Positions 39,725 to 50,165 of a stretch of 64,000 bases of DNA are shown here, one piece after another. The DNA is taken from the NCBI GenBank assembly GCA_030431515.1, contig JAUIIX010000008.1, positions 13,071 through 77,070 of the forward strand. Reading direction: 5' to 3'. The position numbers and the translations under genes were made by a program. Each line of letters opens with the position of its first letter. Position 1 is the stretch's first letter. Under the pieces are notes generated by a model. That model was not told where the DNA came from. It did not search any database and saw nothing but the letters and a program-made list of their open reading frames with translations. This stretch comes from a bacterium (GTDB lineage: Bacteria > Bacteroidota > Ignavibacteria > Kapaibacteriales > UBA2268).

Positions 39725-41173
39725 ATGAGAAATAAATATACTTGCGTTATTGGTTTAGAAGTTCACACTCAGTTGCTAACTGAAAGTAAAGCTTTTTCTT
39801 TTAGTTCAACAAATTTTGGTGATAATCCAAACCATAATACTGACCCTGTAACTTTAGGTTTACCTGGTTCTTTACCTGTTTTAAATAAGAAATTAGTTGA
39901 ATATGCAATAAAAGTTGGTTTAGCCACAAATTGTAAAATTAGAGAAATAAATAGATTTGATAGAAAGAATTATTTTTACCCTGATATGCCTAAGGGCTAT
40001 CAAATTTCTCAACATGAAGGTCCGATTTGTTATGACGGAAATGTAGAAATAGAGCTTGAGGGTGAAAGAAAGCAAATAGGAATTACTCGTATTCACATGG
40101 AAGAAGATTCAGGGAAGTCTATTCACGATTTAGATATAGATACTTTGCTTGACTTTAATAGGGCAGGAGTAGCATTGATTGAGATTGTTACAGAGCCAGT
40201 AATTCGTTCGTCTGCAGAAGCATATCAATTCCTAACTCAATTGAAACAAATACTTCTATATACTGGAGTAAGTAGTGGGAATATGGAAGAGGGTGCATTA
40301 AGATGTGATGCCAATGTTTCTGTTATGCCAGTTGGAACTGAAGTTTTTGGAACTAAATCTGAAGTAAAGAATTTAAATTCATTTAGAAATGTTGAAAAAG
40401 CAATTGAATATGAAATTAATCGCCAAATTGAGTTAATTGAATCTGGTGGAAAAGTAATTCAAGAAACAAGAATGTGGGATGGTGGAAAAAATATAACTGT
40501 AGCAATGAGAACTAAGGAAACTGCAAGAGATTATAGATATTTCCCTGAAGCAGACTTACCAATGTTAAAAATTTCGCAAGATATGATAGATGGAATTAAA
40601 GCTGAATTACCTGAGATGCCACTTGAACGAAAATATAGATTACAAAATGATTATGATATTCCTTTGTATGATGCAGGTATTATAGTTGAAGATATTGATT
40701 TGGCTAATTATTTTGAAAAAACTTGTTCATTATTAGAAGAAAAATCTCCAAAATCTTATAAATTAGTAAGTAATTGGATTATGACTGAGTTATTAAGAAT
40801 TAAATCTGAGCAAGACTTAGCAATAATAGATTTGCCATTAAGTGAAGAGTTTTTAGCTGAGATTGTTGATTTACTTATTAGTGAAAAAATATCTAACCAA
40901 ATTGCTAAAGATATTTTCCCAATTATATTAGACGAGAAGAAATCACCTAAATTAATTGTAAATGAAAAAGGATTAGTACAAGTAAATGATACTGATTTGA
41001 TTGAATCAATGGCGAAAAAATTAGTTGATGATAATCCTGAAGAAGTAGAGAGATACAAACAAGGAAAAGATAGAGTTCATGGCTTTTTTGTTGGTCAGAT
41101 CATGAAAGAATCAAAAGGTAAAGCTAACCCTAAATTAGTTTCAGAAATAGTTAAAAAATATCTGGATGCATAA
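39725..41173 (+). CDS. gatB: Asp-tRNA(Asn)/Glu-tRNA(Gln) amidotransferase subunit B
   Basis: N-terminus VIGLEVHTQLLTESKAFS. Conserved GatB core and C-terminal GatB/YqeY domain. Confidence 0.9.
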   Translation: MRNKYTCVIGLEVHTQLLTESKAFSFSSTNFGDNPNHNTDPVTLGLPGSLPVLNKKLVEYAIKVGLATNCKIREINRFDRKNYFYPDMPKGYQISQHEGPICYDGNVEIELEGERKQIGITRIHMEEDSGKSIHDLDIDTLLDFNRAGVALIEIVTEPVIRSSAEAYQFLTQLKQILLYTGVSSGNMEEGALRCDANVSVMPVGTEVFGTKSEVKNLNSFRNVEKAIEYEINRQIELIESGGKVIQETRMWDGGKNITVAMRTKETARDYRYFPEADLPMLKISQDMIDGIKAELPEMPLERKYRLQNDYDIPLYDAGIIVEDIDLANYFEKTCSLLEEKSPKSYKLVSNWIMTELLRIKSEQDLAIIDLPLSEEFLAEIVDLLISEKISNQIAKDIFPIILDEKKSPKLIVNEKGLVQVNDTDLIESMAKKLVDDNPEEVERYKQGKDRVHGFFVGQIMKESKGKANPKLVSEIVKKYLDA

Positions 41174-41960
41174 AATGAAAAAAATAATATTATTATTAAG
41201 TATAGTTGTACTATTCGCTTGTAGTGAAGATGAAGAAAATTATGTTAATTCAGATTGGTCTGGAGCAAGTGGAATAATCAAACCGGACACAGTAGAATTT
41301 GCAATGAATATTGATGTAAATAATTATCAAACAATATTTAGATCATCATTGGCTTGTCCGAGTTATCCTAATAATGATAGTTTAACAAGAAGATATGTGT
41401 TTGCTTCTTATTTTAAAACTGGAAAAATATTTGGTGAAGTAGATAATTTTTATTTGAATGATACTAAGTTGACTTATTACAAGCAATTATTTTACCCAAG
41501 TTATTATTATAATACTGAGAGCTTCTTCTCAATGAGTAATAATGAAATGAATTTAAGATATTCTGAAAATGGAGTTGAAAATAATTATAGTATTTTAGTT
41601 GATGATATTTTTAAAGATTTAGAAGTATCTAATAATACTTTTGATTCTGATATTGATATTACATTCGATAATTCTTATGATATGTATTCATTACATGCTT
41701 ATTTTATTAATTATAATGAGTTAGGGAAAATATCGAATATTAGTTTGAATAAAACTTATGAATTATTGACTACTGATAATAAATTTACTATTAATAAATC
41801 TGTTGTTGATGAAAAAATTAAATCATTGGGTTTATCTTTAGATTTCGTACAAGCAATTAGTTTTTCAATAATTGCAACAGATACAACAGAAGTAATGCCA
41901 GGAAATAGAAATACTTTAATTTATAAATCAGCTGAAAAAATAATAAATTTAAAGTACTAA
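41166..41960 (+). CDS. lipoprotein, hypothetical
   Basis: Lipobox LLSIVVLFACSEDE. Alternative start MKKIIL at 41175. Confidence 0.4.
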   Translation: MHKMKKIILLLSIVVLFACSEDEENYVNSDWSGASGIIKPDTVEFAMNIDVNNYQTIFRSSLACPSYPNNDSLTRRYVFASYFKTGKIFGEVDNFYLNDTKLTYYKQLFYPSYYYNTESFFSMSNNEMNLRYSENGVENNYSILVDDIFKDLEVSNNTFDSDIDITFDNSYDMYSLHAYFINYNELGKISNISLNKTYELLTTDNKFTINKSVVDEKIKSLGLSLDFVQAISFSIIATDTTEVMPGNRNTLIYKSAEKIINLKY

Positions 41961-42664
41961 AATTCTAAATCGTAAGAATAAGAAATACATATAATATTAT
42001 CGCTTCTTGGGTTTGATGTATTTAGTTGGTATTGATATAAAAAAGAAATATCTAGTTCAGAGTTTTTAGTTATTTCTCTTGAATATTCTAACTCGAATCT
42101 TTCTCTATTAGTATAAGTAAATTCATCTGATAATTCAATAAAGTTTTCGTAGGCAAAACTTATTTTGCTTTTCTTATTAATTTCATATTTAATTCTTGGT
42201 CTAAATCTTAAAGTATTCTCATATTGGTAATTACCACTATAAATTAACAATGGGTCAATTACAAGATAACTTGGATTACTGTCATTATTCCTTTCTAATG
42301 AATACTGATATTGTGTTCTAAAATCAATATCTAGATCTTTGTTTATTTTATATTTTAATACTAAATTAGGAGCAAATCTACTCTCAGGTGTATATGATGC
42401 ATCAAGTTGTCTATTGAATGAATATCTATATTCAAATCCAATTTCAGCAAAATCAAAAATATCATAAGAAATTGAAATTTCATTTAATATACTTTTAGAA
42501 TATTTTGAATTTTCATTGCTTCTGTGAGATAATTTATATCCAAGATTTAACTCTCTATTAAGCTTATGCTTTAAACTCACTGTTGACCAAACACCAAAAT
42601 CATCATATTGTGAATAAGTTGAATAAGGTATTAGTATAAAAAATATTAAAATTAAGTATTTCAT
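41957..42664 (-). CDS. outer-membrane beta-barrel protein, hypothetical (DUF2490-like)
   Basis: Signal peptide. Alternating amphipathic beta pattern. C-terminal aromatic residue (…YDLEF). Last gene of a 4-gene overlapping operon. Confidence 0.4.
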   Translation of the reverse strand: MKYLILIFFILIPYSTYSQYDDFGVWSTVSLKHKLNRELNLGYKLSHRSNENSKYSKSILNEISISYDIFDFAEIGFEYRYSFNRQLDASYTPESRFAPNLVLKYKINKDLDIDFRTQYQYSLERNNDSNPSYLVIDPLLIYSGNYQYENTLRFRPRIKYEINKKSKISFAYENFIELSDEFTYTNRERFELEYSREITKNSELDISFLYQYQLNTSNPRSDNIICISYSYDLEF

Positions 42665-43296
42665 TTGGCTTTTTGGTCTTCTTCGTAATAATAAACATTT
42701 AGCATAGTAGTATCATTTAAAAAATCTACTTTCCCAATTTCAATTCTATTTATATTTAATCCTAATCTTTCTTCTAAATCATTTTTTAGAATGTTATAAT
42801 TTTGTAATTTAATATTTTCAATTATTTCATATTGAACAATTCTAACTAACTCATGTTTTAAGAACCAAACTTTTTCTAAGAAAAAAGTAATTATAAATAT
42901 TAGGAAATTAGCTATAAATATTTCTACAAAACTTATTTTTTTATTTGCAAGAGAATTTACAACTGATAAACCAATTACTATAAATATATAAGTCATTTCT
43001 TTAATTGGAATTGCATCAGTTCTATACCTTATAATTCCAAAAATAGCAAAAAGACCTAAAGCTAAGCCCATCTGTAGTTTTACGTTATCAAGTAAAAAAC
43101 AAATAATGAAGACTACACTACTAATTAATACATAAGTAAATAAATACTCTTTTCTACGGGATAGTGGGAAATATATATACCTACTAATAGTGAATACAAC
43201 AAGAAAATTAAAAATAAATCTAAATAGGAACTTTAACAAATCTTCTAAGTTAAATAAGTCCATTCCTAATAATGAATTTGCTGTTAAATCAAGCAT
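42661..43296 (-). CDS. DUF4956-like integral membrane protein
   Basis: 4-5 TM protein. Start overlaps upstream VTC-like gene by 8 bp. From memory, this family pairs with VTC-domain proteins in Bacteroidota. Confidence 0.35.
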   Translation of the reverse strand: MLDLTANSLLGMDLFNLEDLLKFLFRFIFNFLVVFTISRYIYFPLSRRKEYLFTYVLISSVVFIICFLLDNVKLQMGLALGLFAIFGIIRYRTDAIPIKEMTYIFIVIGLSVVNSLANKKISFVEIFIANFLIFIITFFLEKVWFLKHELVRIVQYEIIENIKLQNYNILKNDLEERLGLNINRIEIGKVDFLNDTTMLNVYYYEEDQKAK

Positions 43297-44038
43297 TAAT
43301 TACCCCTATGTTTTGCTTTTTTAGTCTTAATTCAATTGGTTTAAAATTATTATATTTTAAATTATTATTTAGTAAATTCATACCAACAAAATATTTACTA
43401 AATTTTGATTTTCTAATTTCTAATGTTTTTAGAATATTAAATATTTTTGAGTTTCTGTTAATACCATCTTGCTTTAACTCTAAAACAATTAAGTTACCCA
43501 TTTTTTTTGATTTATTATCTTTATTAAAAAGTAAATCAAAATCTAAGGTTACTCTTTCAGATTTATTTTTATCTACAAATGTTATTCTATTAAATTTTGT
43601 AACTATCTGTTCTTCAATCTTACCTTTAGAATCAAGTTGAGTATGAGAAAACTCTTCAAGTTTATTATCAATATCGCTAACCAGTATTCTTTTTCTATCT
43701 TTTAAAGTTCTACCGTTTATTTTGTGTTTAATTTCAAAATAGTTTAATTCTGAGTTTACATAAGTTCTATTTCTAACTTTCAAACGATGGTTTTTTCTAT
43801 TATGATGTGCATTGTAGAATTGTAAATCTTCTGTATCATAGTATATTGTGTAATAATCATTTATTAATCCGTGACCATAATCGATAATTTGGTAGTCATC
43901 TTTTAATAAATCAAATAAGGTTTCTACTAAATTTGAATTAAAAAAATACTTAGAATCAACTCTATTAATTAGCATTGAATCTGGTAATTCACTAAAGTGA
44001 ATGACACCGAAGTCTTTTATTAATTCTTTATTTATCAT
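43289..44038 (-). CDS. VTC/CYTH-like (polyphosphate polymerase domain) protein
   Basis: N-terminal NRVDSKYFF region and K/R-rich beta-rich core consistent with triphosphate-tunnel VTC domain (weak, motif-level only). Confidence 0.35.
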   Translation of the reverse strand: MINKELIKDFGVIHFSELPDSMLINRVDSKYFFNSNLVETLFDLLKDDYQIIDYGHGLINDYYTIYYDTEDLQFYNAHHNRKNHRLKVRNRTYVNSELNYFEIKHKINGRTLKDRKRILVSDIDNKLEEFSHTQLDSKGKIEEQIVTKFNRITFVDKNKSERVTLDFDLLFNKDNKSKKMGNLIVLELKQDGINRNSKIFNILKTLEIRKSKFSKYFVGMNLLNNNLKYNNFKPIELRLKKQNIGVINA

Positions 44039-44445
44039 TAATTATCAAGTACGATTATGTCTTCAACTAAGACTTTTTCATCATCATCTTTAAGAGTTAT
44101 ACTTTTTTTAACAGCATACTTAGGTAATCCAGTAATAGAAAGTGAATCCCTTGAGTAAGCAAAAACAGTATATTTACCAGATCTTAAATATCTAAATTCA
44201 AAACTACCGTCAAAGTTAGTGCGAACATCGTCATGGTAAGTAGTAGTGTCATCACCATAAATAATATAGACTCTTTCATCAGCTAAATAATATTCTTGAA
44301 TTAGTCTGGAAAAGTCTGAATTATACTTTTTCATAAAAACATGACCACGTATTGTGTTATTTCCGCCTTCACCTTCAGGTAAGTCGCAAGAGAATAATGT
44401 TAGCAGAATACAAAGTGAAAGGATTAATTTAAACATATATATCAA
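44038..44445 (-). CDS. carboxypeptidase-regulatory-like domain lipoprotein
   Basis: Lipobox LTLFSCDL. TNFDGSFEFRYLRSGKYTV motif typical of CarbopepD_reg_2 domains. Confidence 0.45.
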   Translation of the reverse strand: MIYMFKLILSLCILLTLFSCDLPEGEGGNNTIRGHVFMKKYNSDFSRLIQEYYLADERVYIIYGDDTTTYHDDVRTNFDGSFEFRYLRSGKYTVFAYSRDSLSITGLPKYAVKKSITLKDDDEKVLVEDIIVLDN

Positions 44446-44558
44446 ATTTTAAATCTTAAAATAATTGCAAAAATAAGAATTTATACTGATTTTACGTAAT
44501 CAATTAGATATTGTTTAATAATATTATTTTGAATAATTATTAAATTAATTTGATATTA

Positions 44559-47500
44559 CTACAATTTTATCATTTTATACTTTGCAGTACTATTAATTGT
44601 AATAATGTAAATGCCTGAAGATAAATGTGATAGGTCAAAATTGCATTCATTTTTATAGATTTCTTTATTTAAAACTTCATTTCCATAAAAATCAAAAATA
44701 GAAACTTCATTTATAAGAATTGATGATTTTAAGTTTAAAATGTTTTCAACAGGATTAGGGAAAAATTGAAATTTTACAAAGTCCTCTACATCAACTGCAC
44801 TCAAACAATTGAGTTCAGATTCATTTGTACATTTATTAGTGCTGGTTATTTCGACTTTATAACATCCGCTTTCAACTGGAGAAAATCTCCTATTTGTAGC
44901 ACCTTCTATTTTCCTATTATAGAAATACCATTGATATGCTGTCGCAGCATTAAGACACAATAATTCATTTGAATTTTTATTATATATTACATTTGGAACA
45001 CTCGGAATTGGCTTAGTTGTTACTGTTGCTTGATTAGAAGTATATTTTGTACCACTCAAGTCTAATGCTGTAAAGAAGTGTATTCCTGCTTTATAAACAG
45101 TATCGTATCTTGTTTGGCTACCACTTTGCCATTTAAAATCTGTATATTGGTTGCCTCCATCAAAAACTACTGTATCGCCTTCGCAAAGTATATAATCCCC
45201 AAAAGGAACAATATTCAATTGATAAGATGATAAATAATCTATTTCTTTCCAAACAGTGTCTCCACAACCAAATTCACTTTTTTCAATTACTCGAATTACT
45301 CCATTATCAGCATCATTCCATATAACTTTTATTGAGTTGCTTGAGTCAGAACCTAATATATCTCCGTTGATTGCTAACCATTTGAATCGTGAACCTACAT
45401 TATTAGGAGTGTAGTAAATGTATTCTATTCCATTGTCACATTTAAAGTCACCTATAATTTGTGAATTTATACCAGGTATTACGCTTACTAAAACTAAAGA
45501 AAGATATTTTTCATTATTTTCATCAGTAACGACACATTGATATTGAGTAGATCTATCAGGGCTAGCGATAGGAAACTCTTTTGTTGGGTCATCAAGACTA
45601 AGACCTGGCGACCATTGGAATCTGAGTTGTGTAGCAGTTGAAGAAATATCTGAAGCAATTTGAACTGAATTTCCTTTACAAATTATATAATCTGAATTTG
45701 TGAAATCTTCCATAAATGCTTCGATAACAAATGCATCTGATTTTAAAGAGTCTTGATATTCAAATTGTACACCATCTTCTGTTGTTGGGATAAAAGTAGA
45801 TGAAGTATTTCCTGTTATCAATACTGTATTTTCAAATTTTACTTCTATTGCTTTACCTAAGTCAGATCTTTCGCCTCCATAGTAACTTGAATAGATTAAA
45901 CTATCACCTTGTTGATTTACTTTAAACATTATCATATCTGAAAAAATCAAGGAATCATTAAAAGTATCATCGAAAGTTAAGTAACTTGTCGGATAATCTA
46001 ATGAATTAGTTAAACCAGTTCCATATAATGCACCAAATCTATCAATATCAATACCATAACATCTATCATTTGATTCGCCACCTAAATAACTTGAATAAAT
46101 TAAGTTTTCACCAAGACTATCAAGTTTCATTACAAAACAATCCACAGCAATAGATGAACCCTTTCCTTTATTTATTGATTTTGAAAAAGCATTAGATGTA
46201 ATGTCAAAATCTAAAGATGCAGTGGAACCTCCTATGAATACATTTTCTTCATCATCAACTGCAAGACTATAAGCTATGTCGGCTTTAGAGCCACCTATAA
46301 GAGTTGAAAACATAATCCTGCTACCGTCGGCTGAAATTTTACTTACAAAGCCATCACTATTAGTAGAACTATTTTCATTATCTGTATATTGTCTTTTAAT
46401 TACAAGGGGAGTAGTTGGGTAGTTAGGCGATCTGGTCAATCCACAAATATATATATTCTCTCGTTTATCAACTTTAATTTCTTGAGGGAAATCATCTTTC
46501 AAACCACCAATTATACCTGACCAAATTAAAAATTGTCCTGAATTATCTATCACTGTCACAAAACCATCTATATTGCCACCATAAACACTATTAAAGACCC
46601 CAGAAGTTGCAGGATAACGAGCAGAGTCAGGAGATTGAGTTGTGTATCCAGTTATGACACTTCTGCCATTTTTGAAGGTCTCTATGCTTAATGGGAAGTC
46701 ATCTCTAATTCCACCAATAAAAGTAGAATAGAAAATACTGTTTCCGGTGCTATTTAATTTAACAATAAAACCATCAAAAGCACCATTATGGGTTTGATTA
46801 TATGTATCTCCAACAATAGGGAAATCAGTATTAAATGAACAATAGCCAGTTATATAAATATGATTAAGTGAATCAAAAGATATACCACGACCATAATCTG
46901 ATTCAGAACTACCTATATAAGTTGTAAATAAATGATTGTTATTTATATCAAGTTTGGTAACAAAAATGTCGGGCTTTAAGACAGTATCTTTAGTATTCAA
47001 ATATCTATTAAATGCTCCAAGAGTAGAAGGAAAGTTTAAAGAAGAAGTTTCTCCTGTAATTAAAATATCACCATTATAATCTGTTTTAATATCTTCACCA
47101 GAGTCATATCCTAAGCCGCCAAGATATGCACCATAGATTAATGGGTCAATGATAAGTCCAGAAATATAATCAAGTTCGGACTTGTACTTAATAATATTAT
47201 CTTTTAATTCTATTCCAACACTTACTTCTTGATTATTAAAAATTCCTTTTATATCTTTTTGGATAATTTTTTTATTCTTGCTAATAAACTCTAATCTATC
47301 ATTATGCTGAACTATTTTATCAGCTCCATTGATTGAAATTTCAATATTATTATAATTCAAAATATCATATCTAAATCTACCATTTTCAAAATAATATCTA
47401 ACGTGAGAATCATCTTTTACATTATAAAAAATGACTTCATTACTTGGATAACAATCAGTAATCCATTTATTCTTATCATTACCAATTAAGAAATTTAACT

Positions 47501-47798
47501 TAATATTACTTATTCCATCTTCTTCAAAATCTCGAAAATTAGACTCTAAGAATTCATATTCTAAATTAAATCCTTCAATATGTTTGATATTCTCATTTTT
47601 TAAATCACTAATTTCTTCAATAGATTTGAAAGTATTTTGTACTATAAACCCTTTATTAGTCAGCCATATAGTTTCGTTTATGTCAAAGGACACAAAGAGT
47701 ACTTCCTTATCCCAGATACCAGAATTTTGGATAAATCCAGTATGTTTAGAATAAAGACTAATAGTTAAGATAAAAAATGTGAGAAAAATTTTAAACAT
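44559..47798 (-). CDS. giant secreted SBBP beta-propeller repeat protein with T9SS C-terminal sorting domain
   Basis: Signal peptide. Multiple SBBP-like repeats (…YGRGISFDSLNHIYITG; …DIAYSLAVDDEENVFIGGST…). C-terminus FFPNPVENILNL...FDFYGNEV...LSSGIYIITINSTAKYKMIKL is a strong Por_Secre_tail match. Confidence 0.75.
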   Translation of the reverse strand: MFKIFLTFFILTISLYSKHTGFIQNSGIWDKEVLFVSFDINETIWLTNKGFIVQNTFKSIEEISDLKNENIKHIEGFNLEYEFLESNFRDFEEDGISNIKLNFLIGNDKNKWITDCYPSNEVIFYNVKDDSHVRYYFENGRFRYDILNYNNIEISINGADKIVQHNDRLEFISKNKKIIQKDIKGIFNNQEVSVGIELKDNIIKYKSELDYISGLIIDPLIYGAYLGGLGYDSGEDIKTDYNGDILITGETSSLNFPSTLGAFNRYLNTKDTVLKPDIFVTKLDINNNHLFTTYIGSSESDYGRGISFDSLNHIYITGYCSFNTDFPIVGDTYNQTHNGAFDGFIVKLNSTGNSIFYSTFIGGIRDDFPLSIETFKNGRSVITGYTTQSPDSARYPATSGVFNSVYGGNIDGFVTVIDNSGQFLIWSGIIGGLKDDFPQEIKVDKRENIYICGLTRSPNYPTTPLVIKRQYTDNENSSTNSDGFVSKISADGSRIMFSTLIGGSKADIAYSLAVDDEENVFIGGSTASLDFDITSNAFSKSINKGKGSSIAVDCFVMKLDSLGENLIYSSYLGGESNDRCYGIDIDRFGALYGTGLTNSLDYPTSYLTFDDTFNDSLIFSDMIMFKVNQQGDSLIYSSYYGGERSDLGKAIEVKFENTVLITGNTSSTFIPTTEDGVQFEYQDSLKSDAFVIEAFMEDFTNSDYIICKGNSVQIASDISSTATQLRFQWSPGLSLDDPTKEFPIASPDRSTQYQCVVTDENNEKYLSLVLVSVIPGINSQIIGDFKCDNGIEYIYYTPNNVGSRFKWLAINGDILGSDSSNSIKVIWNDADNGVIRVIEKSEFGCGDTVWKEIDYLSSYQLNIVPFGDYILCEGDTVVFDGGNQYTDFKWQSGSQTRYDTVYKAGIHFFTALDLSGTKYTSNQATVTTKPIPSVPNVIYNKNSNELLCLNAATAYQWYFYNRKIEGATNRRFSPVESGCYKVEITSTNKCTNESELNCLSAVDVEDFVKFQFFPNPVENILNLKSSILINEVSIFDFYGNEVLNKEIYKNECNFDLSHLSSGIYIITINSTAKYKMIKL

Positions 47799-47800
47799 AA

Positions 47801-47844
47801 TTTTTACAAAAATACCTTCAGCAGATGTAATTTACTGAAGGTAT
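47801..47844 (-). terminator. rho-independent terminator after NifX-like gene
   Basis: Perfect 10-bp stem ATACCTTCAG/CTGAAGGTAT (47812-47844) followed on the minus strand by a T-run. Confidence 0.45.
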
Positions 47845-47873
47845 CGGTATTTTCCAAAAAATAATTAGTTTTT

Positions 47874-48302
47874 TTATTGAATTTCATCACGATAGTTCTT
47901 AATACTATCATTAAGAATTTGATTTATTACAGCATTAAAATCTTTATCTTTAGTAATAATTGCTTTCAATTTTAGTTGATCTACGCTATCCAAAGCATTA
48001 GCACACATTCTTCTTGCGACTACAAACTCACAATCAGAAACAGAACTTGCAATTTTTTTATGTTTTTCTTTAGATTTATCAACTACATTCAAACTAAATT
48101 GCCCAATCCCTGTTCCATCATTTTTAGAAACTAAGTTTGGCAAATCATTTTCTAATAAATCTTTGTAAACTTCTCTTATCTCGGAGTTTACGACTTCGCC
48201 ATTTTCAATAGTGTGAACAGAAAAATACTTAGATGAACCAAAACTTCCTAAGATATTTTTTCCATTATCGCTAACAAAAGCAACTTTTGTTGACTTACTC
48301 AT
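47874..48302 (-). CDS. NifX/NifB-type dinitrogenase FeMo-cofactor-binding family protein (DUF134-like)
   Basis: KVAFVSDNGKNILGSFGSSKYFSVHTIENGEV resembles the N-terminus of Nitro_FeMo-Co family proteins. Confidence 0.5.
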   Translation of the reverse strand: MSKSTKVAFVSDNGKNILGSFGSSKYFSVHTIENGEVVNSEIREVYKDLLENDLPNLVSKNDGTGIGQFSLNVVDKSKEKHKKIASSVSDCEFVVARRMCANALDSVDQLKLKAIITKDKDFNAVINQILNDSIKNYRDEIQ

Positions 48303-48356
48303 TAAATTCCTTTCTATATTTTTGTATTATTCAACAAAATGTAATAATTTTAAACT

Positions 48357-48836
48357 ATGGATAATGACGAAACAAAAAGAAAATTAATGGAAATTGCTTT
48401 AAAAGAAGCAAAAAAATCTTATTTAAAAGATGAAGTTCCTGTTGGCTGTGTTATTACAAGAGATAATAAAGTAATCTCTAAAGCACATAATTTGGTACAA
48501 TCTAAGAAAAATATTACTGCTCATTCTGAGATAATTGCTTTAAATAAAGCAATGAAGAAATTAGGCATAAAGTACTTAGATGATTGTGAATTATATGTAA
48601 GTCTTGAGCCATGTTCTATGTGTGCAGGTGCTATAGTTTTAAGTAAGATAAAAAAAGTGTATATTGCAACTGAAGATGTGAAAACTGGAGCAGCAGGGGG
48701 CGTGTTTAATATTCTAAATAACTCAAAGTTAAATCATCAATGTGAAATAGAATTTGGCATATTAAAAGAAGAATCATCAAAATTACTAAAAGATTTTTTT
48801 CGTGAGTTAAGAGTAAAGAAAAAGAATCCTATTTAA
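48357..48836 (+). CDS. tadA: tRNA-specific adenosine deaminase
   Basis: CDA zinc motifs HAEIIAL and LEPCSMCAGAI. Confidence 0.85.
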   Translation: MDNDETKRKLMEIALKEAKKSYLKDEVPVGCVITRDNKVISKAHNLVQSKKNITAHSEIIALNKAMKKLGIKYLDDCELYVSLEPCSMCAGAIVLSKIKKVYIATEDVKTGAAGGVFNILNNSKLNHQCEIEFGILKEESSKLLKDFFRELRVKKKNPI

Positions 48837-50118
48837 TTCTAACTTTTCTTAATTCCATAAGAGGTCTTTCTTCTTGCCATTTCAAGTTTGGTAAATTATA
48901 TTTATCAATAGATTCTTGAAGAATCTGCTCAGGAATATAAATTCCATTTGGTTTACCTATCCAATTAATATCTTCAGCTTCACCATCTTTGAAGATTATT
49001 TCAATTTTATCAGCCGATTTTTGATCAGCACCCTCTGGGCTACCTTCATTGTTTAGGAAATATAAACTCTTAGAAATGCCTTCTGAAGTGATTTTACTAA
49101 TTTGATTATTATCAATACTTATTTCAATATATTTTCCAGCAATTTGATTAAATCTTTTTTCAAATAATGTATCTTTATTCACAGAAATTGCATTTCCAAA
49201 GGCACTAATTTTACTTAGTTTATTATCTATTGTATTAATTATAATTGTATCAGCATATAATTGGAATTGGTCATACCAGATAATAGGATTTTTGTAAAAA
49301 GTAAATTCATTTTTAACTTTATCAAATATTGCAAGATCAGCTATTGCGTTGATATTATCTCTTTTAATTTTTACATTATCTCTAAAATAATATAATTGAC
49401 TACTATCTCTAAAAGATTCAATAACTTCACAAGTAATTATAAGCGAATCGATAATGCCCTCACTTGCATATTTACTTGTATCTATTTGAATTAAGTTTGT
49501 ATTTCCTTTTACGATAGAGTAGCTTTTTTGAGGATAATTTTCTAAAGTATCACCTAATAAATAGACATTATCTTTTTTCGATTTGATATTTGCATTACCA
49601 TAAGCAAGTGAAACATCAGTATCTCGATAAAATTTTACTTTATCAGAATACATTACTGTTGTATCATTTTCAATAAATACATTACCTTGGAAATCAGCTA
49701 ACTTTTCATCAACAAAATAAGTACCTCTTTTAGCAGTAAGATATGTGCCTTCATCTATTATTTCAACTTTACTATTAGACTTGGCAATCTTTTTATTTCC
49801 ATCATAATTCATTTCTTCGGAACTCAAAGTCATACCAGATTGATATACTTTTACATTTCTCTTAAGCAAAGCATTATTTGAATTAATAAATTGTTTTGCA
49901 TAGCCACAAGTGATTCTTATATCATCTTGATTTATAATCACATTACCTAAATACTCTCTAATAGGACCTAATTCACTATCATAACCATTCAACTCTTCGG
50001 CTTGGTATCTAAGAGTTGATTGTGAAAATAAATTTATATTATCAAAGCATAGTAAATGTATTAATAACAATGCTATGCAGAATTTATTTGAGATTACTTT
50101 TAAACAATTATCAAACAT
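48829..50118 (-). CDS. OstA/LptA-like (LptD N-terminal domain) periplasmic protein
   Basis: Signal peptide. Repeated OstA-like beta-jellyroll motifs (GNVIINQDDIRITCGYA; FQGNVFIENDTTVMYSDKVKFY; AYGNANIKSKKDNVYLLGDTL). Confidence 0.4.
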   Translation of the reverse strand: MFDNCLKVISNKFCIALLLIHLLCFDNINLFSQSTLRYQAEELNGYDSELGPIREYLGNVIINQDDIRITCGYAKQFINSNNALLKRNVKVYQSGMTLSSEEMNYDGNKKIAKSNSKVEIIDEGTYLTAKRGTYFVDEKLADFQGNVFIENDTTVMYSDKVKFYRDTDVSLAYGNANIKSKKDNVYLLGDTLENYPQKSYSIVKGNTNLIQIDTSKYASEGIIDSLIITCEVIESFRDSSQLYYFRDNVKIKRDNINAIADLAIFDKVKNEFTFYKNPIIWYDQFQLYADTIIINTIDNKLSKISAFGNAISVNKDTLFEKRFNQIAGKYIEISIDNNQISKITSEGISKSLYFLNNEGSPEGADQKSADKIEIIFKDGEAEDINWIGKPNGIYIPEQILQESIDKYNLPNLKWQEERPLMELRKVRIK

Positions 50119-50165
50119 ATTTTAATTCAATTCGTTATATTCTTTTTAACAAAATTAACTATAAA

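Noticed and set aside
40756-41058. Antisense ORF in gatB
   Set aside because: Embedded in a high-confidence CDS.
43272-43640. 122-aa plus-strand ORF opposite the VTC-like gene
   Set aside because: Low-complexity. Overlaps two translationally coupled minus-strand genes.
44766-44963. 65-aa plus-strand ORF inside the T9SS C-terminal domain region
   Set aside because: Embedded opposite a strongly supported CTD.
50016-50165. Upstream extension of the TPR gene (track start 50016)
   Set aside because: The extension overlaps convergent gene 48829..50118 by ~100 bp and lacks a signal peptide. The internal ATG at 50166 gives a canonical signal peptide.
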